In this document: positions 1 through 6,851 of the stretch, one piece after another
How the letters are laid out: each line of letters opens with the position of its first letter
How positions within the stretch are numbered: position 1 is the stretch's first letter
Assembly: GCF_000025505.1 (NCBI RefSeq)
Contig: NC_013849.1
Coordinates: forward strand, 1,470,001-1,502,000
Length of the DNA stretch: 32,000 nucleotides
From: Ferroglobus placidus DSM 10642
Lineage (GTDB): Archaea > Halobacteriota > Archaeoglobi > Archaeoglobales > Archaeoglobaceae
Reading direction: 5' to 3'
Notes under the pieces: generated by a model
Seen by the model: only the letters and a program-made list of their open reading frames with translations
Told to the model about the DNA's origin: nothing
Databases searched by the model: none
Position numbers and translations under genes: made by a program

Positions 1-161
1 CCTCTGGAGGATTCAACTACATCTGGTGTACGCTTGATTATGGGGAAATACTGAGACTTTGCAATGAGGTGCGTTATCGTATCTGAATAAACTCCAAAAC
101 GTAGCCGCTCAGAAATACGATTTTGCTTCTGATCTAAACTCCTATCGACTGATATTTTCAT
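1..161 (-). CDS. Hypothetical protein, partial (continues off the left edge)
   Basis: Minus-strand open frame from an ATG at 161 (MKISVDRSLDQKQNRISERLRFGVYSDTITHLIAKSQYFPIIKRTPDVVESSR...), open back to a stop at 219-221. Too short for the ORF track and no family recognised. Confidence 0.3.
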   Translation of the reverse strand, partial: MKISVDRSLDQKQNRISERLRFGVYSDTITHLIAKSQYFPIIKRTPDVVESSR

Positions 162-344
162 TCCACGTACTTTCTTTAACGAGTTCGGAATAATCGAAAG
201 CCATTTAGACAGCGCCTTTTAATTTTTTGGTGAATTTAGTGATTATAATTGTGATAGTATTAATTATGTTCTGGAAACTATAAATATGAAAAATTTTAAA
301 TCTGTAGTCAAAGAAATTTATTTTTGCTGGTGGAGGGTTTCTAA

Positions 345-590
345 ATGATCAAGAGATCTAAATGGGAAATAACTTATGCGATTCTTAAATCCATTCAAAA
401 CGGCGAAAAGTCGAAGACTCGCATAATGTACGAGGCGTACTTAGACTGGAGAAATTTTAGCAGATATATAAAATTTTTAATTGATAAAAATCTCGTCGTC
501 GAAAAGAACGGAGGAAAGCTGGAGATAACGCAAAAAGGAGAAAAGATTCTGAAAATCATGGAGGAGCTAATCGAACTTATAAAAGACTAA
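345..590 (+). CDS. Small winged-helix DNA-binding protein (archaeal wHTH transcriptional regulator-like)
   Basis: 81 aa with typical archaeal wHTH pattern: SKWEITYAILKSIQNGEKSKTRIMYEAYLDWRNFSRYIKFLIDKNLVV...LEITQKGEKILK. Confidence 0.7.
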   Translation: MIKRSKWEITYAILKSIQNGEKSKTRIMYEAYLDWRNFSRYIKFLIDKNLVVEKNGGKLEITQKGEKILKIMEELIELIKD

Positions 591-685
591 TTTTATATAA
601 TTATTTTTAAAATATCCACTTTTTTAATATGTTTTAAACACATGTAAAAACCACAGAGAAATGTCTCATCTGGATTTATATATTA

Positions 686-693
686 GCATTTTG
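686..693. repeat. Left target-site duplication GCATTTTG
   Basis: Identical to 1452-1459; 8 bp is typical for IS1-family insertions. Confidence 0.9.
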
Positions 694-713
694 GGTAGTG
701 TCACTATAATGTT
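694..713 (+). repeat. IS1-like left terminal inverted repeat
   Basis: GGTAGTGTCACTATAATGTT, 15/20 match to the reverse complement of 1432-1451; the GGT-TG start resembles IS1 ends. Confidence 0.85.
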
Positions 714-1130
714 GATAAATTATAGTAATGAATCCACAATTTAAAAGAATTTTCGAGCATTTCCGAGGATTTTGAGAATCTGATTGATTTTCTTGCGAAT
801 CTCGGATTATCATTTCTCAGAGTTAAGAATAACCTTTCAACGTGGTTCGTTCCTCCTCTTCTTACGATTCTCTGCCTGTAAGGAATCAAATTATAAGCGT
901 CCCAGCGATCCGTGTAGAAAATTGCTTTCCGCTTTATTTCATCGCCAATTCCGTCCCACAATTTCTTGAAAGTATCCACAGAACGATCTCCTATTGCATA
1001 ACTTATTATTTTTCGGGAATTTCTCTCTAAAGCAATCCAAATCCAGATTTCGTTTTCCTTTTTCTTAACAAAACTCCAAGCTTCATCTAACTCGATAACA
1101 GGCTTTTCCGATCTAATCTCATTTCTCAGG
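704..1130 (-). CDS. IS1-like transposase catalytic part (InsB-like DDE domain), read in a different frame from InsA
   Basis: Manual translation downstream of the A7 run gives DLRNEIRSEKPVIELDEAWSFVKKKENEIWIWIALERNSRKIISYAIGDRSVDTFKKLWDGIGDEIKRKAIFYTDRWDAYNLIPYRQRIVRRGGTNHVERLFLTLRNDNPRFARKS.... It keeps the D, D and E positions. The track ORF 704-979 is only its C-terminal part. Confidence 0.88.
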
Positions 1131-1418
1131 TCTTTTTTTAGAAAATTCTCTTACCCAAGCTGTCACAGTGTTAGGAGAAAGCTTGAAAATTCTGCTCGCT
1201 TGTCTTATCCCTACACCCTCCTTCACAACAGCTCTAACTACCATCTCCTTAAATTCCTCGGGATAATTCCTCGGCTTTATCGGATTCAAAACGAAAGTTC
1301 TCCCGCAGCTCTTGCATTTGTATCTCTGCCTCCTCTCACCAGATTTCGTGTAATAACAGCCCATTTTCACAGTTTTTATCGATTTGCAATGCGGACACAT
1401 CATCACCGATTTATCCAA
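1119..1418 (-). CDS. IS1-like transposase N-terminal part (InsA-like: zinc ribbon plus HTH)
   Basis: MMCPHCKSIKTVKMGCYYTKSGERRQRYKCKSCGRTF...YPEEFKEMVVRAVVKEGVGIRQASRIFKLSPNTVTAWVREFSKKRPEK. Confidence 0.9.
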   Translation of the reverse strand: MDKSVMMCPHCKSIKTVKMGCYYTKSGERRQRYKCKSCGRTFVLNPIKPRNYPEEFKEMVVRAVVKEGVGIRQASRIFKLSPNTVTAWVREFSKKRPEK

Positions 1419-1431
1419 CTAATTGAATATA

Positions 1432-1451
1432 AACATTACTGAGGCATTACC
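1432..1451 (-). repeat. IS1-like right terminal inverted repeat
   Basis: Plus strand AACATTACTGAGGCATTACC, reverse complement GGTAATGCCTCAGTAATGTT. Confidence 0.85.
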
Positions 1452-1459
1452 GCATTTTG
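1452..1459. repeat. Right target-site duplication GCATTTTG
   Basis: Identical to 686-693, directly abutting the right inverted repeat. Confidence 0.9.
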
Positions 1460-1490
1460 TAACGTATTTTATCGAAACGAGGTGTGGAGT

Positions 1491-2087
1491 ATGAGGTGGG
1501 TAGTTAGTTTGTTGGTTTTGGGAGTGGTAGGAATACTACTCGGAAGCGGAACACTCGCGTACTTCAGCGACACTGAGACAAGCGAGGACAACTACATAGC
1601 GGCTGGAACGCTTGAGCTCAAGCTTGGAGACGGTGACAACACGTGGTATGACGATCCAGACATACCAAACTACACCATCAGCGATGTCTACCCAGGATGG
1701 AGTGACTGGGTTGACTTCTACGCGAAGAACTTTGGAAGCATCGACGGTGACCTTTACATGAAGGTCACATACACGGAGAACAGTGGGGACAACCCCGAGG
1801 CTGAAGGTTCTCCGGATGATGCAGTTCTTGACGACTACCTATGCGTTGCAATTACTGTTGGTGGAAGTTCTCTTAACCTCAACACCTACGATGAAAACAA
1901 TGATGGATGTGTTTCCCTTTCAGAAATTGCTGATCAGTACATTTCGCTTGGTGACTTAGCTGCAAACGACATGGTTAACATCCGAATCGATGTGAACATC
2001 CCAACAGACGTTGGGAACGAGATTCAGGGAGACACTGTAACTGTTGACGTTGAGTTCAAGCTAATGCAGGACGGAGCATCTCCATAA
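1491..2087 (+). CDS. TasA/CalY (camelysin)-like secreted protein with SipW-type signal region and an EF-hand-like loop
   Basis: N-terminus MRWVVSLLVLGVVGILLGSGTLAYFSDTETSEDNYIAAGTLELKLGD is the classic SipW-dependent signature. GAGGTG at 1479-1484 supports ATG 1491 over the track's GTG 1482. Contains DENNDGCVSLSE. Confidence 0.87.
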   Translation: MRWVVSLLVLGVVGILLGSGTLAYFSDTETSEDNYIAAGTLELKLGDGDNTWYDDPDIPNYTISDVYPGWSDWVDFYAKNFGSIDGDLYMKVTYTENSGDNPEAEGSPDDAVLDDYLCVAITVGGSSLNLNTYDENNDGCVSLSEIADQYISLGDLAANDMVNIRIDVNIPTDVGNEIQGDTVTVDVEFKLMQDGASP

Positions 2088-2126
2088 CACTCCTATCCCA
2101 ACTAAATTTTTTAAGAGGTGCCAGAG

Positions 2127-2903
2127 ATGAGAAGTGTTGCACTGAGCATCATTGTTGTATGCATAGCACTTTCAGTAGCTACCCTCGGCACATGGGCAGT
2201 CTTTTATGACGAGGAGGTCAGTGAGGGAAATTACATTGAGGCAAGCACCCTCGATATTCACCTTGAGAACCACGACGAAGATGCTGACCAACAGTGGCTT
2301 GTCTTAAATTCATATCCTGGAACCGATGAGGATAATCCAGGACAAAGCAATTGGATGGGGAGTGGACAGATAAAAATATTTAATGACGGGAGTCTCAGGG
2401 GCGACCATTTGGAAATTGCCTTTGAGTTCAGGTGCTACGAAGATGATGATGGTGATGTGTTCAACAGCGCGGTATATCCCTATGATTTCACATACAACTC
2501 CTCCAAGCACCGCATAGGTCCAGAGTCGGATACAAACCAGAGTGGTATAGGGTACTGGCTCAAGGAGATAAAACTAGTCAAGCTCAACTACGGTCTTTCC
2601 TCAAACCGGATGGGCACATATAACCTCCTCAATGACTTGTGCTCCGCAGATGGAGATCCAGAGTGCACAATGAACGATCTCGCAAATTCAGTAATAGTTC
2701 TACCAGCAGACTATACCCCACTAGTTGGGGGCAGTGAGTACGGTCTAATTCAGATGGACTTTGAAATGCCTGACACAGGACAACCTCAAAACGACTGGCA
2801 GGGCGATGTCTGTGAGATGATCGTCCACGTGGCACTTGCGCAAGATTCAAGCCAGCAAGTACTCAGCCCGGGTGGAGTTACCGTCAACCTTCCATCGAGC
2901 TAA
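2127..2903 (+). CDS. TasA/CalY-like secreted protein with SipW-type signal region
   Basis: MRSVALSIIVVCIALSVATLGTWAVFYDEEVSEGNYIEASTLDIHLENHDE; GAGGTG at 2115-2120 supports ATG 2127. Confidence 0.82.
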   Translation: MRSVALSIIVVCIALSVATLGTWAVFYDEEVSEGNYIEASTLDIHLENHDEDADQQWLVLNSYPGTDEDNPGQSNWMGSGQIKIFNDGSLRGDHLEIAFEFRCYEDDDGDVFNSAVYPYDFTYNSSKHRIGPESDTNQSGIGYWLKEIKLVKLNYGLSSNRMGTYNLLNDLCSADGDPECTMNDLANSVIVLPADYTPLVGGSEYGLIQMDFEMPDTGQPQNDWQGDVCEMIVHVALAQDSSQQVLSPGGVTVNLPSS

Positions 2904-2921
2904 TAATTAAGCTGACCAAAA

Positions 2922-3509
2922 ATGTCCAACCTTAAAATTTTTTTATTCCTCTTTTTGCTTTCTTCTCTTGTAGTTTATCTCATTCCGAATGTTCTCTCTG
3001 CGTATGCTCTTCCAATTGATGAAAAGGAAAAGGAAAAAGCTGTAAAATTCTGCTTTGAAACCGGAGAAACTCCTCCACCTTTTCTTCAAGCCTCGAACTT
3101 CGCTCCGGGAAATGTGGCTGAAGGGACTTTGAAGATAGCGAACTGCGGAGAGAAGAAGTCGAAGCGATTCGGATTGTCTTTAAGCTATAGTTTCTTCGAT
3201 CCGAAAGGAGATAGCGAGGCGGAAAGCTTTTTGTCAAACATCACGTTGATCGAACTCAAAATAGGAAAGGAGAACGACTTACTTTATAGGAACTTGCTAA
3301 GCGAAGTGGAGGATTTGAACGGAAACGGAGTCAAAGACCTTCACGACCTCTCACTCTCGCCCGTTTCGGTGAAGTATAAGGTGGAACCTTGCGGGGAGGA
3401 ATCATGTGAGTACCACTACCTTTATATTAGAGTAAAGTTTGATGAGAGTGCCGGTAACGAATTTCAAGGAGATAGGGTTGAGCTGAACTTCACTCTGATG
3501 CTCGGGTGA
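2922..3509 (+). CDS. Exported TasA-like or divergent fibre-associated protein
   Basis: N-terminal hydrophobic segment, LKIANCGEKKSKRFGLSLSYSF..., EF-hand-like DLNGNGVKDLHD, and a C-terminal GNEFQGDRVELNFTLML that parallels GNEIQGDTVTVDVEFKLM of the 1491-2087 protein. Confidence 0.65.
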   Translation: MSNLKIFLFLFLLSSLVVYLIPNVLSAYALPIDEKEKEKAVKFCFETGETPPPFLQASNFAPGNVAEGTLKIANCGEKKSKRFGLSLSYSFFDPKGDSEAESFLSNITLIELKIGKENDLLYRNLLSEVEDLNGNGVKDLHDLSLSPVSVKYKVEPCGEESCEYHYLYIRVKFDESAGNEFQGDRVELNFTLMLG

Positions 3510-3513
3510 TGCT

Positions 3514-3975
3514 ATGAGGTTTGCGTTAACTCTAATCCTGGTAGCCGGAGTACTTTTAGCTCTCTCTTTTCACACCGCTGCATTTTTCTACGACATAGAA
3601 AAAGTTACGGCGGAAATTTACGCCAACTGGCACACTCAGGCCGACGATTTGAAAGTAACCGAAGTTAATTTTTGTGAAAAAATCGAAGAGCTAAAAGACG
3701 ATTTCAAAGTCTTGAAGCTTGAAAACGTCGGAAGCAATGAAATAACTGTGTGGAAGATCAACGCGAATTCAAGCTTTATCGGAGTGCTATCGATAGGTGA
3801 CGACACCGTTGACGTGCAATGGTATTGTGACGAAGAAGGGGAGTTTATTGTGGATTTAGCCATCTCCCCCTACGATCGATCTTTCGTCGCATTAAAACTC
3901 GAATGTCCGGCTGATGTAACTTTTATTATGGAAGATCTTTCGAAGAAAACTTGGAGGTGTGTTGTTGAGGATTAA
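3514..3975 (+). CDS. Small exported protein with SipW-like N-terminus
   Basis: MRFALTLILVAGVLLALSFHTAAFFYDIEKVTAEIYANWHTQADDLKV; lies tightly in the same operon. Confidence 0.6.
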   Translation: MRFALTLILVAGVLLALSFHTAAFFYDIEKVTAEIYANWHTQADDLKVTEVNFCEKIEELKDDFKVLKLENVGSNEITVWKINANSSFIGVLSIGDDTVDVQWYCDEEGEFIVDLAISPYDRSFVALKLECPADVTFIMEDLSKKTWRCVVED

Positions 3976-4822
3976 GCTTGCAATTTTAATCGTCGTCGCC
4001 TCCGTACTTGCTTACCAAATACTATCTGGAGAAATAATACCTCTCGTAGTTTTGAGCGGTAGCATGGTTCCCTACATGTATCCGGGGGATTTAATACTCG
4101 TTAAGAAAATCGATCCGAACGAAATATCTGTTGGAGACGTAATATGCTTTAAAGATCCTTCGGGGAGAGAAAACGTTCTGATAACGCATAGAGTTGTTAA
4201 CGTAACCGAAAGAGACGGAAAACTCGTGTTCAAAACTAAAGGAGATGCGCTTGAGGAAGTGGATTTTTTTGAGGTTAAAGAAGAAGATATTGTTGGTACA
4301 CCAGTTCTTTTGATTCCTATGATCGGCTATCTGCACGAAAATAAAAAACTCGTTTACTTTTCAATGATCTTGCTTCCCTCCATCCTCATTCTTTTCGTTG
4401 AGGTTAAAAATCTAAAAAATCCTGAAGTCGTGGAGAGGTTGGAGGAAAAGAAGAAGAGAGTTAGGCAGTTTCTCAAGCGAAGACAGTCGATTAGCTTTAA
4501 AAGAGCAGTACTGACCATAATTGTTTCTTACGTGCTTATTTACGTTCTCTTGCATCAGGACTTCGTTCCCGTTCAGAGAGTAACTATTGGAGAAGGAAAA
4601 GTTCGAATACAAGAAAATTTCGACCCGTATGATGTTTACTTCCTCATTCCACCTTTTTACATCGAAAATCTTTACAGAATAAATCCGGTGTTGCCGGAAG
4701 TAGCAATCGTTTTATATCCGCTAATGCTCTCATTACTTCTATCACCCCTCTGGAAAACTTACGGCGGGAGTGGTAAAATATGGGGAAAAAGGTTTTACTT
4801 GCGGTCGTTGTTGCGATTTTAG
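3959..4822 (+). CDS. SipW-like (ER/archaeal-type) signal peptidase I with C-terminal membrane extension
   Basis: VVLSGSMVPYMYPGDLILVKKI...ISVGDVICFKD...LITHRVV...FKTKGDA. Catalytic Ser in SGSM and His in THRV, where bacterial Lep has Lys. Exact start uncertain (GTG/TTG near 3959-3965). Confidence 0.88.
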   Translation: MLLRIKLAILIVVASVLAYQILSGEIIPLVVLSGSMVPYMYPGDLILVKKIDPNEISVGDVICFKDPSGRENVLITHRVVNVTERDGKLVFKTKGDALEEVDFFEVKEEDIVGTPVLLIPMIGYLHENKKLVYFSMILLPSILILFVEVKNLKNPEVVERLEEKKKRVRQFLKRRQSISFKRAVLTIIVSYVLIYVLLHQDFVPVQRVTIGEGKVRIQENFDPYDVYFLIPPFYIENLYRINPVLPEVAIVLYPLMLSLLLSPLWKTYGGSGKIWGKRFYLRSLLRF

Positions 4823-5757
4823 TTTTTTCGTCAGCCTTTGCTACTTACAGCGCCTACAACGATTTAAAACCTAAGAAGGTTACGGTAAAAAGAAACGTAA
4901 CTATAGGAACTTACGAACTTTACTACGACTATTACTCCACTGTGTCGAAAGAAAATCCTCTGTGGGGCGAGGGAATGAAATTGTTTAACAAAGACGTTTA
5001 TTTTTCGAGTGTCTCACCCGTTCTAAATATCACGTTTAACTTAATTCTTCCGGAAAGCAACTTTGAAGTTGAATACGAAACTAAGCTTTTGATCACCTCG
5101 TCAACCTCAGACAAGGTGTTTTGGGAACTTGAAAGAGTTATTGGCTCGGGAGTAACGGTTTTAAATTCGAGTAAATTCAGCTACTCATTTTCTTTGAACA
5201 TTCTTGAACTTGAAAGGGAAATAGAAAGCATAGAGCGAAGCCTCGAATTTAAAGGCGGTTCTAAAACGATAAAAGTCGTTACAAACGTTTACGCAAAAGG
5301 ATCGGAGAAGGAAATTAAGGATAGCGTTGAAATGACGATAAAACCTTCTGGGAGCTACTACACGGTTTCTTCTTCGGGAAAGAAAAAGACAGTTGAAAGA
5401 ACGGTAAATGAAGTAAAAAAAGTTCCTCCTTCTCAGAGGGAGTACATTTTCGCATTATCTAAAGTAGCGTTGCCGATTCTCGGTATTATTGCGAGCGTTT
5501 ACGTTTATAGAATATCTTCTCTCTCGGAAGACGAAAAAGCTCTCAGGAAATTTAGGAAGTGGATAAGCAAAGGAAAACTTCCGGAGGTTAGGATGACGAC
5601 GATTGAAATTGAATCCCTCGAAGACCTTGTTGATGCGGCAATCGATATGAACGAAAGAGTTATTCACGATGCCGAGAAAAACGCATTCTTCTTCGTACAC
5701 GATGGAATTCTTTACATTTATAAAGGAAAAGCGAGGCAGGGTGAAGAGGAGACATAG
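4780..5757 (+). CDS. DUF5305-like membrane protein
   Basis: N-terminal TM, KPKKVTVKRNVTIGTYELYYDYYSTVSKENPLW, extracytoplasmic beta-rich region, a second TM (VALPILGIIASVYVY) and a cytoplasmic tail. Family name is from recall of signal-peptidase-associated archaeal DUF5305 proteins. Confidence 0.62.
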   Translation: MGKKVLLAVVVAILVFSSAFATYSAYNDLKPKKVTVKRNVTIGTYELYYDYYSTVSKENPLWGEGMKLFNKDVYFSSVSPVLNITFNLILPESNFEVEYETKLLITSSTSDKVFWELERVIGSGVTVLNSSKFSYSFSLNILELEREIESIERSLEFKGGSKTIKVVTNVYAKGSEKEIKDSVEMTIKPSGSYYTVSSSGKKKTVERTVNEVKKVPPSQREYIFALSKVALPILGIIASVYVYRISSLSEDEKALRKFRKWISKGKLPEVRMTTIEIESLEDLVDAAIDMNERVIHDAEKNAFFFVHDGILYIYKGKARQGEEET

Positions 5758-5829
5758 CGGGGCGTGGATTTGAACCACGGATCTGCGGGTTATGAGCCCG
5801 CCGGGATTACCTGGCTACCCCACCCCGCT
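5756..5829 (-). tRNA. Initiator tRNA-Met (CAU)
   Basis: Minus strand AGCGGGGTGGGGTAGCCAGGTAATCCCGGCGGGCTCATAACCCGCAGATCCGTGGTTCAAATCCACGCCCCGCT. 7-bp acceptor stem, A1:U72, three G:C pairs above the anticodon loop (GGG-CTCATAA-CCC), T-arm GTGG-TTCAAAT-CCAC. No encoded CCA. Confidence 0.95.
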
Positions 5830-5850
5830 TCGATTAGTTGTTGTCGAATG

Positions 5851-5862
5851 CGATATATAAAC
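5851..5862 (-). promoter_or_regulatory. TATA-like box of initiator tRNA-Met gene
   Basis: Minus strand GTTTATATATCG, about 22-33 nt upstream of the mature tRNA 5' end. Confidence 0.6.
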
Positions 5863-6063
5863 TTTTTTCTCGGAAAAAGTTTTTGAAAAGCTTTTTTCCA
5901 GAAAAAGTCTATTTTAAGAGCTTTAAATCGCCCTTCTCCTTTCTTTTTTATTCAAGCTAATCTCAAAGTCGAGCTCCTTCATCTTAACCTTTTTATATCG
6001 TTCGATCGTGATAAATATTTTCCGAGCTCCTAATAAATGCGCAATTGTTCTGTTAAATTTAGC

Positions 6064-6075
6064 AAAATTTATTTA
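6064..6075 (+). promoter_or_regulatory. Candidate TATA-like box of the fqo operon
   Basis: AAAATTTATTTA centred about 27 nt upstream of ATG 6097, with no Shine-Dalgarno before that ATG, suggesting a leaderless transcript. TTTTATATC at 5991-5999 is an alternative. Confidence 0.35.
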
Positions 6076-6096
6076 CCTTACAAATAACTCGAAACC

Positions 6097-6549
6097 ATGT
6101 CAGATCTTGTGGTCATTCTACTTTCCGCCTTATCAGTTGCCATGGCTTTGGGCGTTGCGAAAAGCAGGGACAACTTCTACTCAGCCTTGTACATGTCGGC
6201 AACACTTCTTGCTGTGGGCGGAACTTACGCTTATCTTGGCGTTCATTCCGTTCTCGCTTTAATAGCTTTCATATTTATCGGAGCTGTCGGCATAATAACG
6301 ATAGCTTTAGCAGCGACTTACAGATTTATCAACCCGGTAAGGCACAGCGGATACTGGGCGCTGTTTTCAGCTTTCGTCGCTGTTTTTCTTGGAACGACTC
6401 TCGCTGTTTTCTCGGTTTCCCTTCCAAAATTTAAAGACGCTTTCAGGGAATTCATGGTCGATTATCAGACTTACGTTTTCCTTCTCGTAGTTATGGTTAC
6501 CCTCCTCTTGTTGTCTGCGGTAAGCATGGTTAGGAGGGATGCGGAATGA
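6097..6549 (+). CDS. fqoJ: F420H2:quinone oxidoreductase subunit J (NuoJ-like)
   Basis: Multi-TM protein with IAFIFIGAVGIITIALAATYRF, first gene of the complex-I-like operon. Confidence 0.82.
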   Translation: MSDLVVILLSALSVAMALGVAKSRDNFYSALYMSATLLAVGGTYAYLGVHSVLALIAFIFIGAVGIITIALAATYRFINPVRHSGYWALFSAFVAVFLGTTLAVFSVSLPKFKDAFREFMVDYQTYVFLLVVMVTLLLLSAVSMVRRDAE

Positions 6550-6851
6550 TCGCTTCTACTCTTGCAGCTTCAGTTATAGTGCTGATGATCGGCTACTACA
6601 CCTTGATAACTTCGAGGGATCTGATAAGGTTACTAATATCTTTAGAACTGATGTTCGCGGCTGTCTTCCTCTCTCTTTTACCTCTCTTTGCGATAGATGC
6701 TCTCACAGCGGAGGGAATGGTTGTAATGGTCGCTTCCCTTTTCACGAGCAGTAGCGAGCTTCTCGTTTTAATCTCCGCGATCATACTCTTCGATAGAAAA
6801 TTCAGAGGGGTTGCGATGGAAAAAGTATCGAGCGGAGGGGATGAGCTGTGA
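6546..6851 (+). CDS. fqoK: F420H2:quinone oxidoreductase subunit K (NuoK-like)
   Basis: 101 aa with LIRLLISLELMFAAVFLSLL, the NuoK Glu-bearing TM. Confidence 0.88.
   Translation: MIASTLAASVIVLMIGYYTLITSRDLIRLLISLELMFAAVFLSLLPLFAIDALTAEGMVVMVASLFTSSSELLVLISAIILFDRKFRGVAMEKVSSGGDEL

Larger units (their letters stand above)
694..1451 (-). mobile_element. IS1-like insertion sequence, about 758 bp, complete with both ends
   Basis: Imperfect terminal inverted repeats (left GGTAGTGTCACTATAATGTT; right reverse-complement GGTAATGCCTCAGTAATGTT, 15/20 identical), 8-bp direct repeat GCATTTTG on both flanks, and InsA/InsB-like coding regions. The size matches the IS1 family. Confidence 0.93.

Noticed and set aside
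704-979. Track ORF 704-979 taken as a complete independent gene
   Set aside because: Manual translation upstream shows the same frame continues back to the A7 run at 1133-1139, including the first catalytic Asp (ELDE). It is the C-terminal part of the InsB-like domain.
1119-1139. Canonical IS1-type -1 programmed frameshift
   Set aside because: A -1 shift after AAA AAA gives AAG ACC TGA, an immediate stop. Only a +1 shift or loss of one A joins the frames.
784-1442. Plus-strand ORFs 784-969, 842-1030 and 1200-1442
   Set aside because: Antisense shadows of the transposase with no recognisable domain or RBS.
1482-1490. GTG at 1482 as the start of the first TasA-like gene
   Set aside because: It overlaps the GAGGTG Shine-Dalgarno. 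ATG 1491 gives correct spacing and the expected SipW-type N-terminus.
2310-4612. Minus-strand and alternate-frame ORFs within the fibre operon (2310-2510, 2629-2850, 2980-3237, 3636-3863, 4091-4336, 4412-4612)
   Set aside because: They lie inside well-supported plus-strand genes, have low-complexity Phe/Ser-rich antisense composition, and show no domain.
5870-5905. GGAAAAAG...CTTTTTTCC imperfect inverted repeat as a terminator or ncRNA
   Set aside because: The arms are simple A/T-rich tracts in a low-complexity intergenic region. Archaeal termination does not need such hairpins, so there is insufficient support.
6008-6262. 84-aa plus-strand ORF 6008-6262
   Set aside because: Overlaps fqoJ in another frame, has no family features, and starts within the promoter/leader region.
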